Made by a program: the position numbers and the translations under genes
Origin: Vicugna vicugna
Lineage: Eukaryota
DNA: 64,000 nt
Assembly: GCA_013265495.1 (NCBI GenBank)
Contig: MU058037.1
Span: 807,498 to 871,497 of the forward strand
Direction: 5' to 3'
The notes under the pieces: generated by a model
The model's database searches: none
Seen by the model: only the letters and a program-made list of their open reading frames with translations
What the model was told of the DNA's origin: nothing
Shown: positions 25,284-35,584 of the stretch, piece by piece
How the letters are laid out: every line of letters begins with the position of its first letter
Position numbering within the stretch: position 1 is the stretch's first letter

Positions 25284-25844
25284 AGTCTCCACTAGCATGT
25301 AAGGTCTATGTGGGAGGAACCATATTTGTCTCATCCACTATTTTATCTACAGGACCTAGCATAGTTCCTCTCGAAGAGCAGGCATTCTTAATTATTTGAG
25401 AAGTAATGAGTTTAAGGATAAAAGGCTAACAATTAGCTCCAAGAGGCCCTTCTAATGCAATATATCTTCCACAATCACGTGCTGCCTGTCTACAGTCTCC
25501 ACCACAGGAAGTCATCATTTCTTGCATCATATTTCTAGAAAATCACAACTGGGAGACATCAGATCAAAACAGAAGAGCATATTGAATGAGCGGTCACCGA
25601 AATTAATTGATCAGTTAGGCAAACAGTACAACAGACCCATGCAGAACAAAGAATAGTGAAGATCTGTAAAGGGGGGGGGATGCGTGCAGAGGGAGAAGGA
25701 GAGAAAAGGAAGAGCAAGCGCTCTGTAATGGGCACATCCATAACAATCAGCAGGTGTCTTGCACTTTGAAGCTGCAGTTCCCCTTCATATCTTTTAGCTC
25801 ACTTGAACTTGAACCATTCATATTAAGTAAGCAGACAGATATTA

Positions 25845-25970
25845 ATCCCATCAGCTTACAGAAACTGAGGCTCAGAGATGTTACCTGTCATGCTTATTGC
25901 ACTGCAAGTAGAAAGTGGCTCATATTCAAATCTCACAACTTGAAACCTAGTTTTCTTTCTGCTACGCTTG
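25845..25970 (-). mobile_element. MIR SINE
   Basis: Contains GAAACTGAGGCTCAGAGATGTTACCTG. Confidence 0.65.
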
Positions 25971-26909
25971 AAATGACATCAGGTGCAAAAGTATTGGGAA
26001 GGCACTGGAAAAATCCAGCATTTCTGTTTCAAATTCAATGTAGCATTTTTCTGCTCAGTTTGAGTCAAGGTATCTGGCAACTTTCAAGTCAAGGAAGACA
26101 ACTACAAAGACAGGCAGGCCACCCACTGAGTGGCTCAAATCACAGCCCACACAGTCCTCACCTACATCAGAGTCAAGTGCACTCACGTTTCAGAACTTAG
26201 AAACACAGCCTCCATTGAGGAGCACCCTGCTTGCAGCAGGGTATTTGGAAGCAAAGAAGCATGATTGTTTTGAACAAAATAGAAAGTGCAGTACATATAT
26301 TTAGCCAATTAAAATAAATGGTTGTATCTTAAATGGTTATGTAAGCTGTTACATCATAACCTTGATTTTGCTTCTTAGCCTGAGAAGCCTAAAATATTTA
26401 CTATCTTGCCCTTTAAGTAAACATTTGCCAATTTCTTTTTTAGATGAAAAGTGAGGTACTAACAGAGAGATGTTTTCCCTTCAGCCCTACCAGAGGAATG
26501 AGGATTGAAGGCCTAAATCTGTGTCTCACTGTGACTTCCTGTCTCCTTCTCTGTGATTCACTTCCTCCTTTCTTCATACAGAGAGGTTTTAGTCTCCTCT
26601 CTGTGGAGGAACAGAAAGCTAAAGAAGTGTTTGGATTTTTTTTTTAACATTTTTTATTGATTTATAATCATTTTACAATGTTGTGTCAAATTCCAGTGTT
26701 CAGCAGAATTTTTCAGTCATTCATGGACATATACACACTCATTGTCACATTTTTTTCTCTGTGAGTTATCATAACATTTTGTGTATATTTCCCTGTGCTA
26801 TACAGTGTAATCTTGTTTATCTATTCTACAATTTTGAAATCCCAGTCTATCCCTTCCCACCCTCTACCCCCCTGGTAACCACAAGTCTGTATTCTCTGTC
26901 CATGAGTCT

Positions 26910-29900
26910 TTAGATTCCACATATGAGCGATCTCATATGGTATTTTTCTTTCTCTTTCTGGCTTACTTCACTTAGAATGACATTCTCTAGGAGCATCCAT
27001 GTTGCTGCAAATGGCATTATGTTGTCGGTTTTTATGGCTGAGTAGTATTCCATTGTATAAATATACCACCTCTTCTTTATCCAGTCACCTGTTGATGGAC
27101 ATTTAGGCTGTTTCCATGTTTTGGCTATTGTAAATAGTGCTGCTATGAACATTGGGGTGCAGGTGTCATCCTGAAGTAGATTTCCTTCTGGATACAAGCC
27201 CAGGAGTGGGATTCCTGGGTCATATGGTAAGTCTATTCCTAGTCTTTTGAGGAATCTCCACACTGTTTTCCATAGTGGCTGCACCAAACTGCATTCCCAC
27301 CAGCAGTGTAGGAGGGTTCCCCTTTCTCCACAGCCTCTCCAGCATTTGTCATTTTTGGATTTTTGAATGACGGCCATTCTGACTGGTGTGAGGTGATACC
27401 TCATTGTAGTTTTGATTTGCATTTCTCTGATAATTAGTGATATTGAACATTTTTTCATGTGCTTTTTGATCATTTGTATGTCTTCCTTGGAGAATTGCTT
27501 GTTTAGGTCTTCTGCCCATTTTTGGATTGGGTTGTTTATTTTTTTCTTATTGAGTCGTATGAGCTGCTTATATATTTTGGAGATCAAGCCTTTGTCGGTT
27601 TCACTTGCAAAAATTTTCTCCCATTCCGTAGGTTTTCTTCTTGTTTTATTTCTGGTTTCCTTTGCTCTGCAGAAGCTTGTAAGTTTCATTAGGTCCCATT
27701 TGTTTATTCTTGCTTTTATTTCTTCTAGGAGAAAATTTTTGAAATGTATGTCAGATAATGTTTTGCCTATGTTTTCCTCTAGGAGGTTTATTGTATCTTG
27801 TCTTATGTTTAAGTCTTTAATCCATTTTGAGTTGATTTTTGTATATGGTGTAAGGGTGTGTTCTAGCTTCATTGTTTTACATGCTGCTGTCCAGTTTTCC
27901 CAACACCATTTGCTGAAGAGACTGTCTTTATTCCATTGTATATTCTTGCCTCCTTTGTCGAAGATGAGTTGACCAAAAGTTTGTGGGTTCATTTCTGGGC
28001 TCTCTATTCTGTTCCATTGGTCTATATGTCTGTTTTGGTACCAATACCATGCTGTCTTGATGACTGTAGCTCTATAGTATTGTCTGAAGTCTGGGAGAGT
28101 TATTCCTCCAGCCTCTTTCTTTCTCTTCAGTAATGCTTTAGCAATTCTAGGTCTTTGATGGTTCCATATAAATTTTATTATGATTTGTTCTAGTTCTGTG
28201 AAATATGTCCTGGGTAATTGGATAGGGATTGCATTAAATCTGTAGATTGCCTTGGGCAGTGTGACCATTTTAACAATATTGATTCTTCCAATCCAAGAGC
28301 ATGGAATATCTTTCCATTTTTTAAAGTCTTCTTTAATTTCCTTCATCAATGGTTTATAGTTTTCTGTGTATAATTCTTTCACCTCCTTGGTTAGATTTAT
28401 TCCCAGATATTTTATTACTTTGGGTGCTATTTTAAAGGGGATTGTTTCTTTACTTTCTTTTTCTGTTGATTTATCGTTAGTGTAAAGAAAGGCAACTGAT
28501 TTTTGAACATTAATTTTGTAACCTGCTACCTTGCTGAATTCTTCGATCAGCTCTAGTAGCTTTTTTGTGGACCTTTTAGGGTTTTCTATATATAGTAACA
28601 TGTCGTCAGCATATAATGACACTTTTACCTCTTCTTTTCCAATTTGGATCCCTTTTATTTCTTTCTCTTGCCTGATTGCTGTGGCTAGGACTTCCAGGAC
28701 TATATTGAATAGGAGTGGTGATAGTGGGCATCCTTGTCTTGTCCCAGATTTTAGTGGGAAGCTTTTGAGTTTTTCACCGTTGAGAACTATGCTGGCTATA
28801 GGTTTGTCATATATAGCTTTTATTATGTTGAGATATGTTCCCTCTATACCCACTTTGGCGAGAGTTTTTATCATAAATGGGTGTTGAATTTTATCAAATG
28901 CTTTTTCTGCATCGATTGAGATGATCATGTGGTTTTTGTCCTTTCTCTTGTTGATGTGATGTATTACATTGATTGATTTGCGTATGTTGAACCAGCCTTG
29001 TGTCCCTGGGATGAACCCCACTTGGTCATGATGTATAATCTTTTTTATGTGTTGTTGGATTCTATTTGCTAAAATTTTGGTGAGGATTTTGGCGTCTATG
29101 TTCATCAGTGATATTGGCCTATAATTCTCTTTTTTTGTAGTGTCTTTGCCTGGTTTTGGTATCAGGGTGATGGTGGCTTCATAGAATGAGTTTGGGAGTA
29201 TTCCCTCCTTTTCAATCGTCTGGAAGAGTTTGAGAAGGACTGGTATGAGTTCTTCTTTGTATGTTTGGTAGAATTCCCCGGTGAAGCCGTCCGGTCCTGG
29301 ACTTTTATTTGTAGGGAGGTTTTTAATTGCTATTTCTATTTCCTTTCTAGTGATCGGATTGTTCAAGTGTTCAGTTTCTTCTTGATTCAGTTTTGGTGGA
29401 CAGTATGTTTCCAGAAACTTGTCCATCTCCTCTAGGTTATCCAGTTTGGTTCCATATAGTTTTTCATAATATTCTCGTATGATATTCTGTATTTCTATTT
29501 TGTTTGTTGTAATTTCTCCATTTTCCTTTCTTATTTTGCTAATTTGTGCTCTCTCTTTTTTCTTCTTTGTGAGTTTGGCCAGAGGTTTGTCGATTTTATT
29601 TACTTTTTCAAAAAACCAGCTTTTGGTTTGGTTGATTTTTTCTATGGTCTTGTTAATCTCTATTGTATTTAATTCCTCTCTGATCTTTATTATTTCCTTC
29701 CTTCTGCTGCTTTTTGGGGCTTTTTGTTCTTCTTTTTCTAATTGATTCAGGTGGTGGGTTAACTTGTTTATTTGAGATTGTTCTTCTTTTTTGAGGAAGG
29801 CCTGTATCGCTATAAACTTCCCTCTTAGCACTGCCTTTGCTGTGTCCCATAGGTTTTGAGTGGTTGTGCTTTCATTATCATTTGTCTCAAGGTATTTTTT

Positions 29901-30707
29901 AATTTCAGCTTTGATTTCCTCATTGATCCATTGTTTTTTCAATAACATATTGTTTAATCTCCATGCTTTTCTTTTTTTCTCCTTTGTTTCTCTGTTGTTG
30001 ATTTCCAGTTTCATGGCATTGTGGTCAGTAAAGATGCTTGAGATAATTTCTATCTTCTTAAATTTGTTGAGGTTTCTTTTGTGTCCAAGTACATGATCGA
30101 TCCTGGAAAATGTTCCATGTGCACTTGAAAAGAATGTATATTCTATTTTTTGGGGGTGTAATGCTCTGAAAATATCCACCAAATCTAGTTTTTCTATTGT
30201 AGTATTTAATTTCTCTGTTGCCTTGTTTATTTTCTGTCTGGAAGATCTGTCTAGTGATGTTAATGCAGTGTTAAAATCTCCAACTATGATTGTATTCCCA
30301 TCAATATCCCCCTTTATCTCTGTTAGTAATTCTTGTATGTACTTAGGTGCTCCTATATTGGGTGCATATATATTAACGAGTGTAATATCTTCATCTTGTA
30401 TCACTCCTTTAATCATTATAAAATGTCCTTCTTTATCTTTCTTTATGGCCTTTGTTTTAAAGTCTATTTTGTCTGAAATCAGTACTGCAACACCTGCTTT
30501 TTTGGCTTTTCCATTTGCATGGAATATCCTTTTCCATCCTTTCACTCTCAATCTATATGTGTCCTTCTCCCTAAAGTGGGTCTCTTGTATGCAGCATATT
30601 GAAGGTTCTTGCTTTATTATCCAGTCTGCCACTCTATGTCTTTTGACTGGAGCATTTAGTCCATTAACATTTACAGTAATTAATGATAGATGTGTGTTTA
30701 TTGCCAT
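26910..30707 (-). CDS. LINE-1 ORF2p (endonuclease/reverse transcriptase), intact, 1265 aa
   Basis: APE-EN motifs NVNGLN, CIQETH, YAPN, GDFN, RIDH and TDH; PIP box [18 protein letters not shown] motifs [26 protein letters not shown] and KYLG; C-terminal [18 protein letters not shown]. Confidence 0.97.
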   Translation of the reverse strand: MAINTHLSLITVNVNGLNAPVKRHRVADWIIKQEPSICCIQETHFREKDTYRLRVKGWKRIFHANGKAKKAGVAVLISDKIDFKTKAIKKDKEGHFIMIKGVIQDEDITLVNIYAPNIGAPKYIQELLTEIKGDIDGNTIIVGDFNTALTSLDRSSRQKINKATEKLNTTIEKLDLVDIFRALHPQKIEYTFFSSAHGTFSRIDHVLGHKRNLNKFKKIEIISSIFTDHNAMKLEINNRETKEKKRKAWRLNNMLLKKQWINEEIKAEIKKYLETNDNESTTTQNLWDTAKAVLRGKFIAIQAFLKKEEQSQINKLTHHLNQLEKEEQKAPKSSRRKEIIKIREELNTIEINKTIEKINQTKSWFFEKVNKIDKPLAKLTKKKKERAQISKIRKENGEITTNKIEIQNIIREYYEKLYGTKLDNLEEMDKFLETYCPPKLNQEETEHLNNPITRKEIEIAIKNLPTNKSPGPDGFTGEFYQTYKEELIPVLLKLFQTIEKEGILPNSFYEATITLIPKPGKDTTKKENYRPISLMNIDAKILTKILANRIQQHIKKIIHHDQVGFIPGTQGWFNIRKSINVIHHINKRKDKNHMIISIDAEKAFDKIQHPFMIKTLAKVGIEGTYLNIIKAIYDKPIASIVLNGEKLKSFPLKSGTRQGCPLSPLLFNIVLEVLATAIRQEKEIKGIQIGKEEVKVSLYADDMLLYIENPKRSTKKLLELIEEFSKVAGYKINVQKSVAFLYTNDKSTEKESKETIPFKIAPKVIKYLGINLTKEVKELYTENYKPLMKEIKEDFKKWKDIPCSWIGRINIVKMVTLPKAIYRFNAIPIQLPRTYFTELEQIIIKFIWNHQRPRIAKALLKRKKEAGGITLPDFRQYYRATVIKTAWYWYQNRHIDQWNRIESPEMNPQTFGQLIFDKGGKNIQWNKDSLFSKWCWENWTAACKTMKLEHTLTPYTKINSKWIKDLNIRQDTINLLEENIGKTLSDIHFKNFLLEEIKARINKWDLMKLTSFCRAKETRNKTRRKPTEWEKIFASETDKGLISKIYKQLIRLNKKKINNPIQKWAEDLNKQFSKEDIQMIKKHMKKCSISLIIREMQIKTTMRYHLTPVRMAVIQKSKNDKCWRGCGERGTLLHCWWECSLVQPLWKTVWRFLKRLGIDLPYDPGIPLLGLYPEGNLLQDDTCTPMFIAALFTIAKTWKQPKCPSTGDWIKKRWYIYTMEYYSAIKTDNIMPFAATWMLLENVILSEVSQKEKEKYHMRSLICGI

Positions 30708-31104
30708 TTTGAACTTATCTTTGCAGTTGAATTGGTATATCCTCTTTGTTCCTTTCTTCTTCCTTTTGTGGTTTGGTAATTTTCCTTTGTATTATCATGG
30801 ATTTTATTTAATTTTTGTGACTCCCTTGTAAATTTTTGACTTGTGGTTACCCTTTTTTGTAAATCTATTAACCTATACCCGTTTTTAATAAACTGATAAT
30901 AACATGATCTCAAACCCATCCTACTGTTAAAAAAATTTAAAAAAGAAAGAAAAAAAATTCTATATTTCCCTGCCTCCCTCTCCCACTCTCAGTGATTTGT
31001 ATGTCTTCTTTTATAATTTCGTGTTTTCTTTATTTGTAATTCATGAGTTATCACCTTTCCAGTTGTACGTTTCTCATTTCTGTAGCATCCTGCTGCTTTT
31101 CTAT

Positions 31105-32008
31105 TTAGAATAGCCCTTTCAATATTTCTTTTAGCATGGGTTTAGTGTTGCTAAACTCCTGCAGCTTTTTTTTGTCTGTGAAACTCTTTATTTCTCCTTC
31201 TATCCTAAAGGATAGCCTTGCTGGATAAAGTATCCTAGGCTGCATCTTTTTTTCATTCAGGGCTTTGAATATATCTTGCCACTCCCTTCTGGCCTGTAGT
31301 GTTTGTGTAGAGAAATCAGCTGAGAGCCTTATGGGGGTTCCCTTGTAGTTCACTCTTTGCTTTTCTCTTGCTGCCTTTAGAATCATTTCTTTATCCTTGA
31401 CTCTGGCCATCTTGATTATGATATGTCTTGGTGTGGGTCTATTTGGGTTCTTCCTGTTTGGGACCCTCTGAGCTTCCTGTACTTGGATATCTGATTCCTT
31501 CTTTAAGTTTGGGAAGTTTTCAGTCATGATTTCTTCAAAAACCTTTTCAATCCCCTTTGATCCTTCTTCCCCTTCTGGGACCCCTATTATGCGAAGATTG
31601 GGATGCTTTATATTATCCCATAGGTCCCTTATGCTATTATCATTATTTTTTATTTGCTTATCTTGTAGTTCTTCTGAATGGGTGCTTTCTATGGCCCTGT
31701 CTTCTAGATCACTAATTTCGTTCCTCTGCATTAACTATTTGGCTTTGCACAGTTATTAGATCATTCCTCATCTCTGTCAATGAGTTTACCCATTCTGCTT
31801 GGCTCTTCTTTATAGCTTCAATTTCATTTTTGACATATTTTATCTCTCTAAGCACTATCTCTTTTAATTCCTTCAGCAATTTGATCACTCCTTTTTTGAA
31901 ATCTTGATCTAGTAGGCTATCGATGTCTATTTCATTGATCTTTCTTTCAGGGGATTCCTCTTGTTCTTTTAATTAGGAAAGGTTTCTCTGCTTCTTCATC
32001 TTGCTCAT
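31105..32008 (-). pseudogene. LINE-1 ORF1p, disrupted (about 300 aa when repaired)
   Basis: ATG at 32008 gives MSKMKKQRNLS*LKEQEESPE, with TAA at 31973-31975. An extra A at 31716-31718 shifts the frame. The downstream frame (31105..31731) encodes the RRM/CTD motifs NLRIIGVPE, ENFPNL, ARREW and YPARLS. Confidence 0.9.
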
Positions 32009-32405
32009 ACCTCTCTGGCACTGTGGTTTATGGAGTATCAGTTGTCTATTTTGGATCTTAAGGATTTTATCTATCTAATGCCTATTTAGGAATAGAACTT
32101 AGGAAAAAAAAAGAAAAAAATAAGAGAGAGAGAGAAAGATTTTTTAAAAGAAGGGAGAAAGAGGGTTTGAAAACAGTGTATAATGAATAATAGAAGAGCG
32201 AGTTGAAGCAGAGTATTATTCGGGTTGAGACGTCCTTTTAAAACCTTTGAAAAAGAAGGGGGGTAGATGAATAGATGTATCTGAAACCTGTGACTAATCA
32301 ATAACAGGACATCAAAACCCAAGAGAAATAGAAATGAATTAAGAAGTAAGAATTAAGAGAGTAATAGAAAATAGAACAGGTAAAAACAGATTTAAAAAAA
32401 AAGGG

Positions 32406-32961
32406 NNNNNNNNNNNNNNNNNNNNNNNNNNNNNNNNNNNNNNNNNNNNNNNNNNNNNNNNNNNNNNNNNNNNNNNNNNNNNNNNNNNNNNNNNNNNNNN
32501 NNNNNNNNNNNNNNNNNNNNNNNNNNNNNNNNNNNNNNNNNNNNNNNNNNNNNNNNNNNNNNNNNNNNNNNNNNNNNNNNNNNNNNNNNNNNNNNNNNNN
32601 NNNNNNNNNNNNNNNNNNNNNNNNNNNNNNNNNNNNNNNNNNNNNNNNNNNNNNNNNNNNNNNNNNNNNNNNNNNNNNNNNNNNNNNNNNNNNNNNNNNN
32701 NNNNNNNNNNNNNNNNNNNNNNNNNNNNNNNNNNNNNNNNNNNNNNNNNNNNNNNNNNNNNNNNNNNNNNNNNNNNNNNNNNNNNNNNNNNNNNNNNNNN
32801 NNNNNNNNNNNNNNNNNNNNNNNNNNNNNNNNNNNNNNNNNNNNNNNNNNNNNNNNNNNNNNNNNNNNNNNNNNNNNNNNNNNNNNNNNNNNNNNNNNNN
32901 NNNNNNNNNNNNNNNNNNNNNNNNNNNNNNNNNNNNNNNNNNNNNNNNNNNNNNNNNNNNN
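32406..32961. other. Assembly gap (556 N) inside the L1 5' UTR
   Basis: Run of N. Confidence 1.
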
Positions 32962-33319
32962 GTTTAACTTAGTTCTGTCAGACAAGGGCTGCTCTGTACA
33001 GATCCGAGCCTCGGAGGCTCCCCCTCCGTCCCGCTGGCCTCTCAGTTGGAGAGGGGAGACCCAGCGAGCGAGCGCCAGTCCTCCTTTGCCGCTCCCTCCC
33101 CGCGGGACCCGTCCCGCGCTGCTTTGCCTTTTGTTCTTTCTTTTTTCCTTTTCTCCTACCAGATTTTTGGCGTCTTTATCTTTTGAAGAGGGCGATGTTC
33201 TGTCGGAGTTCCGCAGGTGCTCTGGTTGGCTGAGTGGGTCTGTAGATGTGGGTCTTGGTGTATTTGTGGGAGACGGTGATTTACGAGCGTCCTTCTACTC
33301 CGCCATCTTGCCTCTTCTC
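32962..33319 (-). promoter_or_regulatory. L1 internal promoter: CpG-rich 5' UTR with a YY1-type site
   Basis: CGCCATCTTG at 33301-33310 (reverse complement CAAGATGGCG) sits about 10 nt from the element's 5' end. Many CpGs are retained compared with the flanks. Confidence 0.8.
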
Positions 33320-33339
33320 TGTTTGGATTTTTTTTTTAA

Positions 33340-33865
33340 TCGCTGCATAATGATCACTACAAACTTAGCTTCATAAAACAACAATTATTTTCTCTTCCTC
33401 CTCGTCGTCTCATAGTTATGGATGCTGATTGGGCTAAGCTAGGTGGTTCTTACTAGGAGTCCAGTGGTAGCTGGGGCTAAGTCCCTATAACAGGCATTCT
33501 CTGAGATGCCTGTCACCTAAACTGAAAGACTCAAACAGCTTAGGAATGGAACAGCCAGGACATCTCTATCTCTCTGTGCTCTCTCTAGCATGGTGGCTTC
33601 AGGTGAGCCATACTTCTTACATGGTTGCTCTGTGTGCCAAAGGTCTGAATCTAGAGAAAGAGAGCATGCCAGGTCAAGATTATACTGCCTGTCTGCTTTT
33701 TATAACCTAGCCTTGGTAGTCCTGTAGTATTACTGTGCCTATTCTCTACTGCTGCCATAGCAAATCATCACAGATTTAGTGGTTTAAACAACACAAAATT
33801 ACTATTTCATGGCTTTGTAGGTCAGATGTCCAGGTATGGTATGCATGGCTGGTTCCTCTGCTCCT
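33340..33865 (-). mobile_element. MLT1 LTR fragments (probably two elements)
   Basis: GCTGCATAATGATCACTACAAACTTAGC and CTGCTGCCATAGCAAATCATCACAGATTTAGTGGTTTAAACAACAC resemble antisense MLT1 3' termini. Confidence 0.65.
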
Positions 33866-33869
33866 GGTC

Positions 33870-34240
33870 CTACCAGCAATGCATGCTGTTCCCAGTTCTC
33901 CAGATTCTCACCAACACATGTATTTTCTGTTATTTTATTATTATTATTCCTATTACTACTACTATTATTACTATCCTCATGGGTGTGAAGTGGTACCCCA
34001 CTGTAGTTTTGAGTTTCATTTCCCTAATGATTAATGATATTGAGCATCATTTAATATGCTGAATTGCCATCTGTATATCTCTGAACAAATGTCTATTCAA
34101 GCCCTGTGCCATTTTTTAATTGGGTTGTCTTTTTAATTGTTGAGACATAGGAGTTCTTTATATATTCTGGATACCATACTCTTAACAGATAAATACTTTG
34201 CATATATTTCTTTCACTCTGGGTTATCTTTTTACTTTCCT
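33870..34240 (-). mobile_element. Old L1 ORF2 fragment; continues at about 38950-39635
   Basis: Contains GGGTGTGAAGTGGTACCCCACTGTAGTTTTG and GAGTTCTTTATATATTCTGGATA. The next colinear L1 sequence (CCTTTGAAGCAGAAAAGCTTCTAATTTTAATGAAGTC) appears at about 38965. Confidence 0.75.
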
Positions 34241-35584
34241 ATTTTTCCAACTTTATTGTATTAACATAGAACACTGTATAAGTGTAAAGTGTACAATTTG
34301 ATGATTTTATTTATTTATATACACACACATACACAGTGAGATGATTAACACAGTATATACTAGGTTAACACATCTCTCACGTCACATAGTTAGCATTTTT
34401 GTGTGTGTGGTAAGAACTTTTGAAATGTACTCTCTTAGCAACTTTCGGGTGTACAATAAAATATTGTTAACTATAATCATCATTCTGTACATTAGATCCC
34501 CAGAACTCATTCATTTTATAACTGGAAGTTTGGGCTGTTTGACCACCTTCACCCACTTCCTTTACCCATTCATCTCTTGATGGAAACACTTAAGTTGTTT
34601 TCATGTCTTGGCTAGTAAACAATACTGCAGTGAACATAGAGGTGCATATATCTCTTGAACATAGTGAAGAGATATGTTCCTTCTTTTCCTTATGATGTAC
34701 ACCCAGAAGTAAAAGTGCTGGATAGTATGGTAGTTCTATTTTTAAGTTTTCGAGGAATCTCCATACTGTCTTCCATAGGGACCACACCAATTGACAGTCC
34801 CACCAACAGTGCACAAGAGTTTCCTTTTCTCCATATCCTTATCAGTATTTGTTAACTCTTGTGTTTTTGATAATAACCATTTTAACAGATGTGAGGTGAT
34901 AGCGCACTGTAGTTTTGATCTGCATTTCCCTGATGGTGATGGTGAGCACCTTACCATGTACCTGTTGGCCACTGAATATCTTCTTTGGGAGAGTGTCTAT
35001 TCAGGCCTTTTGCCTATTTTTAATTGGATTATTTTTATTTTTGCTGTTGAATTGTATGTGTTCTTTATATATTTTAGATACTAGCTCCTTATCAGAAAGC
35101 TGGATTGCAAATTATTTTCTCCTACTTTGTAGGTTGCCTTCTCATTCTATTGATTGTTTCTTTTCATATGTTGCTTTTTAATTTGATGTAGTCCCACCTG
35201 GTTGTTTTTTTTTAATTTGTTGCTGTGCTTAAGGTATCATATCCAAAAAATCATTGCCAAGACCCATGTGAAGGAGCTTTTTTCCTATGTTTTCTTCCAG
35301 GAGTTGTATGGTTTCAGGCCTTACATTTAAGTCTTTAATCCACTTCAAGTTAATTTTTGTGCGTGGTGTAAGATAGGGGTGCAGTTTCATTCTTTTGCAC
35401 ATGGATATCCAGTTTTCCCAGTCCTACTTAGACTATCTTTTCCCCATTGTGTATTCTTGGTTCCCCTATCAAATATTAGTTGACCATACATGCATGGGTT
35501 TATTTATGGGCTGTCAATTCTGTTTCAGTGATCTTTGTGTCTGTTTTATGCCACTAGCATTCTGTTTTGATTACTATAGTTTTT
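34241..35584 (-). mobile_element. L1MA9-like 3' portion; continues at 38586-38945
   Basis: 3' UTR motif TACATTAGATCCCCAGAACTCATTCATTTTATAACTGGAAGTTTG and ORF2 remnant '[20 protein letters not shown]' (34590..34814). Confidence 0.85.

Larger units (their letters stand above)
26646..33319 (-). mobile_element. Near-full-length young LINE-1 (5' UTR, ORF1, long spacer, ORF2, 3' UTR) with perfect TSD
   Basis: The 5' end reads GAGAAGAGGCAAGATGGCGG and the 5' UTR is CpG-rich. ORF1 remnant and intact ORF2 are present, and the 3' end reads AATAAAAAATGTT(A)n. TGTTTGGA(T)10AA occurs identically at 26628-26647 and 33320-33339. Confidence 0.97.

Noticed and set aside
27412..30831. Plus-strand ORFs of 65-202 aa (27412..27972, 28531..28887, 30223..30831 and others)
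   Set aside because: They are antisense shadows of L1 ORF2. The same '[15 protein letters not shown]' text recurs opposite every L1 copy (8966, 47262, 57047).
31105..31731. 208-aa ORF as a complete ORF1
   Set aside because: Its ATG is in frame only because of the +1 insertion. The true ORF1 starts at 32008.
32392..32985. 197-aa ORF
   Set aside because: It is an artefact of translating through the N gap.
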